In this document: piece by piece, positions 19,459-27,249 of the stretch | Layout of the letters: each line of letters begins with the position of its first letter | Numbering within the stretch: the stretch's first letter is position 1 | Origin: Minisyncoccota bacterium | GTDB taxonomy: Bacteria; Patescibacteriota; Minisyncoccia; JAHIHE01; JAGLIN01 | Direction: 5' to 3' | Length of the DNA: 41,371 nucleotides | NCBI GenBank assembly: GCA_023143145.1 | Contig: JAGLID010000067.1 | Coordinates: 1 to 41,371, forward strand | Translations under genes and position numbers: made by a program | The notes under the pieces: generated by a model | The model's database searches: none | Seen by the model: only the letters and a program-made list of their open reading frames with translations | Told to the model about the DNA's origin: nothing

Positions 19459-21036
19459 ATGCTAGATATAATTATTAAAAATGGAACTGTAATTGACGGT
19501 ACGGGAAAAAAAGGGATTGTTGCTGACGTTGGCATTGAGAAAGGAAAAATAGCAGAGATTGGAAAAATAGGAGTTAGCAATTTAGTGAAAACAATAGATG
19601 CAACAGGAAAAACTGTTTGTCCTGGTTTTATTGATATACTCGATCATTCTGATAATTTTTGGACAATTTTTACCATTCCAAGACTAGATAGTAAAGTTTT
19701 TGATGGAGTTACTACAATAATTGGTGGGAATTGTGGCACTTCGCTCGCTCCAGTGTCAAATCAAGGTTCAATAGAAGCGATGAGAAAATGGGTCGATATT
19801 GATAATGTTAATATAAACTGGCAAGGTACAAAAGATTTTTTCTTGGAGTTGAATAAGAAAAAAATTGGTTTAAATTTTGGAACATTAATTGGACATGAAA
19901 CTTTAAGAAGGGGTTTACTTGGAGATGAGGTTAGAAAAATTACAGAAGAAGAAGTCGAAATAATAGGGAGAATGCTTTCTGATGGTTTGCAAGCAGGGGC
20001 TTTTGGGTTGTCGACTGGATTGGTTTTTTCTCATGCCAAAATGACGACACTTAATGAACTAAAATTTCTAGCTGATATTCTAAAATCTTCTAACTCTTAT
20101 TATGCAAGTCATATTCGAGGAGAAGCGGAGGAGTTACTGCCGAGTATAAACGAAACAATACATATCGGAAGAGAGATGAAAGTGTCAATTGAAATTTCTC
20201 ATTTAAAGGCAGTCGGAAAAAAATATTGGCCAGATATGCAAAGGGCAATTGATATGATTGATGTTGCGAATGAAGATGGTGTTAATATTAATTTTGACAT
20301 CTATCCATACGACACAACCGGATCTGTTCTTTATATACTTTTACCAGATTGGGTTTCGAATGGAGGAAGGAAAATAATGATAGCGAGACTAAAAGATTTG
20401 AGTTTGAGAGAAAAAATTATTAACGAGATGAAAAGTATGAATTATGATTATAATAATATTGTGATATCAATTTGTCCAAGATTAAAAGAAGCAGTAGGAA
20501 GAAAAATTACTGATATTGCAGTAAGTCAGGAAGTCAGTATTGAAGAAGCAATAATTGAATTATTAATAAGTGCTAATGGTCATGTTATTGTTTTTGATGA
20601 GGGAATTTTAAGTGAAGAAAATATAAAAATTTCACTAAGAAGTCCATATTCAATTATAGCTTCTGGAGATGCTGCATATAATATCGAGTATGTTCGAATG
20701 GGTGAGCTTGTTCATCCGAGATGTTTTGGAACATTTTCTAGAGTTTTGGGAAAATACGTAAGAGAAGAAAAAATTCTTAGTCTGGAAGAAGCAATCAAGA
20801 AAATGACATCTTTGCCTGCTCAGAAAATTGGAATCAAAGACCGAGGAATTTTGCAAAGTGGTAATTGTGCTGACGTTGTAATTTTTGATCAAAAAACAAT
20901 AATTGATAAAGCTACCTATAGCAATCCTTATCAATATTCAAAAGGCATAGAGCATGTTATTATAAATGGTAAAATTGTCATAGATAATTTTGAGCACACT
21001 GGAGAATTAGCAGGAAAAGTTTTGAAGAAACGGTAA
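19459..21036 (+). CDS. N-acyl-D-amino-acid deacylase (D-aminoacylase)-like amidohydrolase
   Basis: PGFID, GNCG, GLSTGL, SHIRGE, ISHLK, HPRCFGTFSRVLG, MTSLPA; first metal His and catalytic Asp positions look altered. Confidence 0.85.
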   Translation: MLDIIIKNGTVIDGTGKKGIVADVGIEKGKIAEIGKIGVSNLVKTIDATGKTVCPGFIDILDHSDNFWTIFTIPRLDSKVFDGVTTIIGGNCGTSLAPVSNQGSIEAMRKWVDIDNVNINWQGTKDFFLELNKKKIGLNFGTLIGHETLRRGLLGDEVRKITEEEVEIIGRMLSDGLQAGAFGLSTGLVFSHAKMTTLNELKFLADILKSSNSYYASHIRGEAEELLPSINETIHIGREMKVSIEISHLKAVGKKYWPDMQRAIDMIDVANEDGVNINFDIYPYDTTGSVLYILLPDWVSNGGRKIMIARLKDLSLREKIINEMKSMNYDYNNIVISICPRLKEAVGRKITDIAVSQEVSIEEAIIELLISANGHVIVFDEGILSEENIKISLRSPYSIIASGDAAYNIEYVRMGELVHPRCFGTFSRVLGKYVREEKILSLEEAIKKMTSLPAQKIGIKDRGILQSGNCADVVIFDQKTIIDKATYSNPYQYSKGIEHVIINGKIVIDNFEHTGELAGKVLKKR

Positions 21037-21081
21037 AATTAAATTATAGAAATCTTATAATTTATTATAATAAATTACTAG

Positions 21082-22038
21082 ATGCTAAGAATAAAGAATA
21101 TTTTAGACAAATTAAAAAAACAAGATCAGCAAGATTATGGTGTTGCTGTTTTTGATATTGATTTAGAAGTAACTAAGAAAGGAGTATTTATTTTTGGAGA
21201 AGTTTTGATTGAAAATCAAAAAGATAAAGTTTTAGAATTGTTGAAAAAAGAAAACATAGAAATTGCAAATGAGAAAATAAAAGTTTTGAGTGATGTAAGT
21301 AAGAGATATGAGATTGGTTGGGTTGTGGTGAAAGCTAAAATTGCAGATTTAAAATCGAGATTTGTTTCAGAAAAAAATATAAATGAAAACATTTTAAAAA
21401 GAATAAGATGCTCGCAAGCCTTTAAGGGAGAAATTTTGCGAGTTTTGTATAAAAATGAGGATCAATTATTGGTTCAGCAAAACGATTTGACGTTGGGTTG
21501 GATAAACAAAAATGAGGTTATTGTAAAGAAAGAAAGTTTTTATAAAGAATGGAAAAAGGGAAATTATGCAATCAAGGACAAGTTGATAAAAAGTAAGGTT
21601 TCAATTGATGTGACTATAAAAGAAGCAGAAAAATATCTTGGCTCAAAATATCTCCTTGGCGGAAAAACCAAAAACGGAATTGATTGTTCAGCGTTAATTC
21701 AGATTGTCTACAAAAATTCTTTAGGCATTGTTCTGCCAAAGCATTCATGGGATCAAAAAAAGATTGGAAAAAAAGTAGATTTAAAAGATATAGAAACAGG
21801 GGATTTGATTTTCTTGATAAAAAAAAACAACAAGCATAAACATGTTGGAATTGTTGAAGTGTTATTAGAGGGAATTGCGAAAAGGAATTACAGCTCAAAA
21901 GGTACTATGGAACTATCAGATAGGTCTAATATAAATTTAATTCACGCCTCGCTGGATCAGAAAAAAGTAATCAGACAGGATTTGAAAAAAGTTTTTGAGG
22001 ATTATGACTTTGTAGAAGCGAAGAGAGTTATTCTTTGA
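21082..22038 (+). CDS. SH3-NlpC/P60 (C40) peptidase, YkfC-like, no signal peptide
   Basis: YLLGG...GIDCSALIQ (Cys), HVGI (His), IHAS; SH3-like SQAFKGE...LGWI segment. Confidence 0.85.
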   Translation: MLRIKNILDKLKKQDQQDYGVAVFDIDLEVTKKGVFIFGEVLIENQKDKVLELLKKENIEIANEKIKVLSDVSKRYEIGWVVVKAKIADLKSRFVSEKNINENILKRIRCSQAFKGEILRVLYKNEDQLLVQQNDLTLGWINKNEVIVKKESFYKEWKKGNYAIKDKLIKSKVSIDVTIKEAEKYLGSKYLLGGKTKNGIDCSALIQIVYKNSLGIVLPKHSWDQKKIGKKVDLKDIETGDLIFLIKKNNKHKHVGIVEVLLEGIAKRNYSSKGTMELSDRSNINLIHASLDQKKVIRQDLKKVFEDYDFVEAKRVIL

Positions 22039-22076
22039 AATAAAAAAATAGAGAATCTAATAGTTTTTGTTTACTA

Positions 22077-22553
22077 TTAGCTCTCTATGGTAGAGCTAAG
22101 TTCTATTTGTACCTCACATTCATATCTTCTTATTATGACATTTCCTCCAGCAGATTTAAATGCTAAGACTGAATCGGAAAATCCCATTAATCTCTTCATT
22201 GTATTTGCTTTTCCTAACTGTTTTTCGAGGAATTCTTCTGTTTGCTTTTCCCTTTCTAATATTATTTCGATGAATTCATCTTCAAGTAAGACGTCTTGTT
22301 CAATGAATCTCGATATTCCTTCATTAATTTCTAACTGTATTCCATTGATTTCGCATGTCGGATTGATATAATCAATAGTATCAATTCTTAGTTTCCATTT
22401 TTTATTGCGTAATGTTAAACTAATCTTTGCTTGTTTTTGTGGAAAATATACAGTTCCTTCGTTGCATAAGATTTCTCTAAAAGCTCTTTCTGCATTCGTT
22501 CTTCCATTTCCTTGACTAGTCTTAAAGTATAATGTCAATTTTTCCTCTGCCAT
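22077..22553 (-). CDS. Hypothetical protein, possibly a degenerate FHA-like beta domain
   Basis: SD AGGAGG upstream of ATG at 22553 (MAEEKL...); fills the gap between the NlpC gene and murD. Confidence 0.65.
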   Translation of the reverse strand: MAEEKLTLYFKTSQGNGRTNAERAFREILCNEGTVYFPQKQAKISLTLRNKKWKLRIDTIDYINPTCEINGIQLEINEGISRFIEQDVLLEDEFIEIILEREKQTEEFLEKQLGKANTMKRLMGFSDSVLAFKSAGGNVIIRRYECEVQIELSSTIES

Positions 22554-22595
22554 TTTATGACCTCCTATAACAATTAATAACAATAATCTAAATAA

Positions 22596-24140
22596 ATGTC
22601 AATAGAAAATCAATTGAAACAATATAAAAATAAAAACATTCACATCGTTGGAATTGGCGGGGCGGAGGGGAGTGCGATTGCGGAGTTTTTGGTGGCCAAT
22701 GGAATTTCTTCGATTACTGGGCATGATTTTTCTTCGAAGGGGGATTTCAAAAAAGCCTTTAATAATACTCATTTGAGTTTGAAACCAGAAGAAAGAGAGG
22801 AGGCTCTGGATCATCTTTTGAATTTGCCAATCAAAATAAATTTCAGAGATCATTATCTGGAAGATGTCAAAGAAGCAGATATAGTTTTTGTTTCGCAGGT
22901 CTGGTTTAAGTATCCTCAAAATATGCCGATTTTAGAAAATATTAAAGATGATGGCGTTCCGTTTAAGACAATTACAAATTTATATTTTGAACTTATGCCG
23001 GGCAAGATTATTTCTGTAACAGGAACGAATGGTAAAACAACAACTTCAAGGTTAATAAACAATATTTTTGAGGATTGGAAAGAAACTTGTCTCGAATATA
23101 CTTCACTAGGAGATGAAAATGACGTTTCTTGTATTGCCTTTCAGGTGGATAAGAAGGATGATATTTTAAATGTTTATTTTGCTGGAAACGATAGACAAAA
23201 TCTGCAAGTTTTGGATCAACTTGAGAAAATGAAAAAAGAAGATATTTTGATTCTAGAGACTAGCAGCACTCAGCTTCTTTTGAATTCTTGTATAAGCCCA
23301 TCTATTGGAGTAATCACGAATATTTCTCCGAACCATCTTGATGATCACGGGAGTATTGAAAATTACATAGAAGCTAAGAAAAATTTAATTCGATATCAAA
23401 AGAAAGGAGACTGGGCAGTTTTGAATTATGACAATGAGCAGACTAGAAAAATCGCGAAGGAATTTTCAGATAATGCATTTTTGTTTAGCGCTAAAGAGGA
23501 ATTGACACAAGGTTGTTTTGTGAAGGGTGGCGAGGTAGTGATTAGAATAAACGAGGAAGAATTTGTCTTGTTTTTAGTAGACGATATAAAAATTCCAGGA
23601 AATCATAATTTGGAAAATGTTTTAGCGGCAGCTAGTTGTGCATATTTATATGGAATTAATCTAGAAATAATTAAGAAGATGATTTCAAAATATACAGGAA
23701 CAAAGCACCGGCTGAAACTTCTTTATAATATTGATGGAATAAAATATTATGATGATACGCAAGCTACAAATCCAGAATCGACAATTGCTGGAATTAACTC
23801 TTTTGATAATGATATAATTTTGCTTTCTGGTGGAGACGACAAGAGAATGAATTATGAAGAACTTGGACAGAGTATTAACAGTCGAGTTAAGTTTCTGATA
23901 TTATTTCCAGGAGGTGCGTCTGAGAAAATTGAAAGTTTGGTTAATAAGAAGAAGATTGATTTTGTGAAAGTGAAAAATTTTCAAGAGGCGATTGATGAAT
24001 TAAAAAAATATTATCAAAAAACTGATCTTAAAAAAGACGGTACGGTTTTGATTTCTCCCGGAGCGGCACATTTCTATTCAAGATTTGTTGAAAATTCTGG
24101 AAAGGACTTGAAGGAATGGATTAGATCTATTAATATTTAA
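22596..24140 (+). CDS. murD: MurD-like Mur ligase (UDP-MurNAc-L-Ala:D-Glu ligase family), divergent
   Basis: VTGTNGKTTT, ETSSTQL, NISPNHLDDH, HNLEN, HRL, DDTQATN, GGDDK, SPGAA. Confidence 0.82.
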   Translation: MSIENQLKQYKNKNIHIVGIGGAEGSAIAEFLVANGISSITGHDFSSKGDFKKAFNNTHLSLKPEEREEALDHLLNLPIKINFRDHYLEDVKEADIVFVSQVWFKYPQNMPILENIKDDGVPFKTITNLYFELMPGKIISVTGTNGKTTTSRLINNIFEDWKETCLEYTSLGDENDVSCIAFQVDKKDDILNVYFAGNDRQNLQVLDQLEKMKKEDILILETSSTQLLLNSCISPSIGVITNISPNHLDDHGSIENYIEAKKNLIRYQKKGDWAVLNYDNEQTRKIAKEFSDNAFLFSAKEELTQGCFVKGGEVVIRINEEEFVLFLVDDIKIPGNHNLENVLAAASCAYLYGINLEIIKKMISKYTGTKHRLKLLYNIDGIKYYDDTQATNPESTIAGINSFDNDIILLSGGDDKRMNYEELGQSINSRVKFLILFPGGASEKIESLVNKKKIDFVKVKNFQEAIDELKKYYQKTDLKKDGTVLISPGAAHFYSRFVENSGKDLKEWIRSINI

Positions 24141-24164
24141 GACGACTTACTATTCAGTGTTAAT

Positions 24165-24317
24165 CTATTTTTCCTCCTCAATTAATTCCAGTTCAATCGG
24201 TTCTGTTGAGATTATTTCATGTTCAGCACCACAGGCAGGGCACGCAATGATATCTCCAATTTTAATTGTTTTTTCATCAACTGGAATCTCGCAACCGCAC
24301 TCTTGGCAATTTGTCAT
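24165..24317 (-). CDS. LysW-like zinc-ribbon small protein (50 aa, not in ORF track)
   Basis: MTNCQECGCEIPVDEKTIKIGDIIACPACGAEHEIISTEPIELELIEEEK; CxxCG...GxIIxCxxCGAExE..xxPxxL pattern of LysW; own promoter. Confidence 0.82.
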   Translation of the reverse strand: MTNCQECGCEIPVDEKTIKIGDIIACPACGAEHEIISTEPIELELIEEEK

Positions 24318-24343
24318 ATATTTGATTTAATGATTATGTACTA

Positions 24344-24371
24344 ATTATAGTAAGATAAATTAAAAAGTCAA
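24344..24371 (-). promoter_or_regulatory. Sigma70-type promoter of the LysW-like gene
   Basis: Minus strand TTGACT (24371-24366), 16 nt, TATAAT (24349-24344). Confidence 0.6.
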
Positions 24372-24396
24372 AAAAAGAAAGGCATCAGTTGCCTTT
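24370..24396 (-). terminator. Terminator of the 24401-24724 gene
   Basis: AAAGGCA-tcagt-TGCCTTT stem, with a T run on the minus strand. Confidence 0.6.
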
Positions 24397-24400
24397 AATA

Positions 24401-24724
24401 TCAATATTTAAGCTTGATTGAAATTGTTTTCATTTTTATTTCTGGATGTTTCTTTAGGAAAACAATTCCTGTGACAAGCATAATTGAAACAAATATCATT
24501 CCTGCATACGACAATATCTCATTGTGAAATATCATCATATTGCTTATAAATAATATTGCTAACAATTCTGATACAATTATTGATATAAATTTCCAATTTT
24601 GTTTTGCTTCCTCGTGATTTGCTGTAATTCTCTTAATAATTATATACCCAAGAGCAATAATTATAAACATTAGAATTAAAAAATGAGAGAAAATGAGCAC
24701 TCTTTGAATTATTTCTGAATACAT
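24401..24724 (-). CDS. Hypothetical three-TM membrane protein
   Basis: Three hydrophobic segments; GGAG upstream; terminator downstream. Confidence 0.6.
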   Translation of the reverse strand: MYSEIIQRVLIFSHFLILMFIIIALGYIIIKRITANHEEAKQNWKFISIIVSELLAILFISNMMIFHNEILSYAGMIFVSIMLVTGIVFLKKHPEIKMKTISIKLKY

Positions 24725-24767
24725 TAGTATTTAATCTCCGTCAAAAGTTTAGTCGATATATAATTTA

Positions 24768-25832
24768 ATGTCAATCTTTCAAGAAAAAATCAATAAACAA
24801 GAAATAGGCATTTGGAGGTATGTTGGTTTTTATAATGATTTTGTGAAATCAGAAAATAGATTATATCTTGAAGATGGGAATTTGGAAAAATTAGAAAATG
24901 AGGATTTGAATAAAATAAGCAAGATAAAGCATTTATATTTTCAGCGAGAGGATGAAAATGAAACGGGATCGCTAAAAGGCAGGAGCCTTGCCTATCAGGT
25001 TTCGCTTGCGAAGCAAAATGGGATAAAAGAACTTGTAATTTCAACTTCTGGAAATGCGGGAATTGCGGCGGCTGCATATTGTCAGGAAGCGGAAATAAAA
25101 TTATATATTTTTATTTCTCCTGAAACAGAAAAAGCCAAAATTGCGAAAATGCAGAAATATAATCCAATAATAATAGAATCAAAAAAAGCGATTCGGTTGG
25201 CTAATTATCTTTCTGCTAGGTATAAAATTGAAAATTTAAGACCTTCTTTAAATGACTCTTCTATTGAGGGTTTTAAGTCGATCGCTTTTGAAATATTTGA
25301 GAAATTAGGAGAGATTGATGCTCTGTTCACTTTTGTGACTAGCGGAAGTTCGTTTGTGGGAATTGGTAGGGCATATCAACATTTATTGGATTGCGATAAG
25401 ATAAAAAAGATGCCAAAATTATTTGCAGTGCAAAGCGGAGAGATTTCATCTATTGCGGGAGATTTCGAAAAAATAACCAAGCAAAAAGATTCAGTAGCCG
25501 GAAGATTGGGAGTAAAAAATACGAGAAGAAAAAAAGAGATTTTGGAATTTATAAAGTTAAGCGGAGGAAGTGGAATTTATATAAATAATCAAGAGCTTCA
25601 AGAAGCGACACAGATATTGGAAGGAAATAAAATAATTACATCGCAAGAAGGTTGTGCAAGTTTTGCAGCAAGTCTGAGAGAAGGAAAAAAATATAATTTA
25701 AATAAAGTGGTTTGTGTACTTTCTGGAAAATCAAGAGATAGGAATAATCAGGTTACAAAAGATAAAATCAAAATAGCAGAAAGTTTTAATGATGTGGATA
25801 ATATTATTATTGGGAAATTTAATTATTGTTAG
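24768..25832 (+). CDS. Fold-type II PLP enzyme, threonine-synthase-like
   Basis: EDENETGSLKGR (PLP Lys), STSGNAGIAAAAY, EGFKSIAFEI, MPKLFAVQ, VVCVLSG. Confidence 0.85.
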   Translation: MSIFQEKINKQEIGIWRYVGFYNDFVKSENRLYLEDGNLEKLENEDLNKISKIKHLYFQREDENETGSLKGRSLAYQVSLAKQNGIKELVISTSGNAGIAAAAYCQEAEIKLYIFISPETEKAKIAKMQKYNPIIIESKKAIRLANYLSARYKIENLRPSLNDSSIEGFKSIAFEIFEKLGEIDALFTFVTSGSSFVGIGRAYQHLLDCDKIKKMPKLFAVQSGEISSIAGDFEKITKQKDSVAGRLGVKNTRRKKEILEFIKLSGGSGIYINNQELQEATQILEGNKIITSQEGCASFAASLREGKKYNLNKVVCVLSGKSRDRNNQVTKDKIKIAESFNDVDNIIIGKFNYC

Positions 25833-25859
25833 AGTGACAGATTCTAAATATGAAAATTT

Positions 25860-27230
25860 ATGACAAACGAAATTACAAAAATTAAAAGATTACTGAATAA
25901 GAAAGAAATTGGTCCTGTTTTTTTTGTGACTCCAAATCCGAATCGTGGGATTGGACTTGAAAAAGAGATTGAGAATTATCATATAATTTGCTCACAGAAA
26001 ACAGATCTGGTGGAATCTTTGAAAGAAGAAAAAATAGCTATTTTATGTATAGAGGATGAAAAAATAAAAAACTCAGGTAAGCTCTTGGAGAACAAAGAAG
26101 TTCTAAATTATATAAAAAAAGAAGCAAAAGGAAGACAAATAAATATTATAACTTTTAAACCAAGTCCCAAAATTTCAAAAATATGTACTGATAATAATTT
26201 TCGATATCTAGGAAATGATTGGAAGCTAAATAGAAAATTTGAAAATAAGATTGAGTTTGCGAATATAACCAATCATTTAAAAATTCCGAATGCGAAAAGT
26301 AAGGTTGTTAAACTTCAAAAAAATAATGAAAAGATTTTAAATATGTTAGAAAAAAATCAGCTTATTTTTCAACTTCCAAGAGGTTTTTCGGGTAATTCAA
26401 CTTTTTTAATAGAAAATAAAAAAGATTTAAAAAATATAATCGTGAAATATGCAGGCAGAGAATTTAAAGTTTCAAAATTTCTGAAAGGCAATACATATAC
26501 AACCAATGCTTGTGTGACAAAATTTGATATAGCTGTAAGTCAGCCGATATTTCAAATCACGGGACTAACCGACTATAACAGAAATAAACTTGGAACGTCT
26601 GGGAATGATTATGTTTGTGGCGAAAAGTTAAGCGCCTTTGAAAAGAAAAAGATTTTTGATTATACAAAAAAAATCGGTGAGTATATGTCACAATCGGGGT
26701 ATCAAGGAATTTTTGGCCTTGATTTTATAGTTAATAAAAATGCTGTTGATTTGATTGAAATTAACCCGCGATTTATTGGTTCAATTCCAGTGTTTACAAA
26801 ACTTCAAATTCAAAAAGGAGAAATTCCTTTTTTACTTTTGCATTTGTTCGAATTTTTGAAAATTAATTACGATTTTGAAATATTAAAAAATTATTTTTCT
26901 TATGATTTTTGGCGAAAGCAAGATAATTTTAATTTTTCACAATTGATTTTAAGAAATACGAAAGAGAATGATATAAAAATTAAAAAAACAATGATCTCTG
27001 GTATTTATGAAACTAAAGAAGATAAATTAGTTCTCAGGAATAAAAATTATTTTTCCAAAGAGTTGGAAGAAGATAAATTATTGATTCAATGTTCAAAAAA
27101 GAATAGTGTTATAAGTCCCGATGCTGAATGTGCTAATTTGCAGTTTGGATGTAGTATAATGAAAGGAAACAAATTAGATAGAAATTTCGCTAAGACGATT
27201 GATTTAGTTGTTGGTAAATTAGGGTTATAA
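25860..27230 (+). CDS. ATP-grasp ligase of unknown specificity
   Basis: FENK, QLPRGFSGNSTF loop, GYQGIFGLDF, IEINPRF signature. Confidence 0.85.
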   Translation: MTNEITKIKRLLNKKEIGPVFFVTPNPNRGIGLEKEIENYHIICSQKTDLVESLKEEKIAILCIEDEKIKNSGKLLENKEVLNYIKKEAKGRQINIITFKPSPKISKICTDNNFRYLGNDWKLNRKFENKIEFANITNHLKIPNAKSKVVKLQKNNEKILNMLEKNQLIFQLPRGFSGNSTFLIENKKDLKNIIVKYAGREFKVSKFLKGNTYTTNACVTKFDIAVSQPIFQITGLTDYNRNKLGTSGNDYVCGEKLSAFEKKKIFDYTKKIGEYMSQSGYQGIFGLDFIVNKNAVDLIEINPRFIGSIPVFTKLQIQKGEIPFLLLHLFEFLKINYDFEILKNYFSYDFWRKQDNFNFSQLILRNTKENDIKIKKTMISGIYETKEDKLVLRNKNYFSKELEEDKLLIQCSKKNSVISPDAECANLQFGCSIMKGNKLDRNFAKTIDLVVGKLGL

Positions 27231-27249
27231 TTTTATAAGGTATTTTGTT

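Noticed and set aside
24165..27230. Canonical LysW/LysX lysine or arginine biosynthesis operon
   Set aside because: The small protein lacks EDWGE, the 456-aa ATP-grasp is much longer than LysX/RimK and unlike them, and no lysZ/Y/J/K genes are in the window
25860..27230. Calling the ATP-grasp Ddl or biotin carboxylase
   Set aside because: Ddl motifs (GG.S.E, HG..GEDG) and biotin carboxylase motifs (ANRGEIA, HPGYGFLSE) are absent
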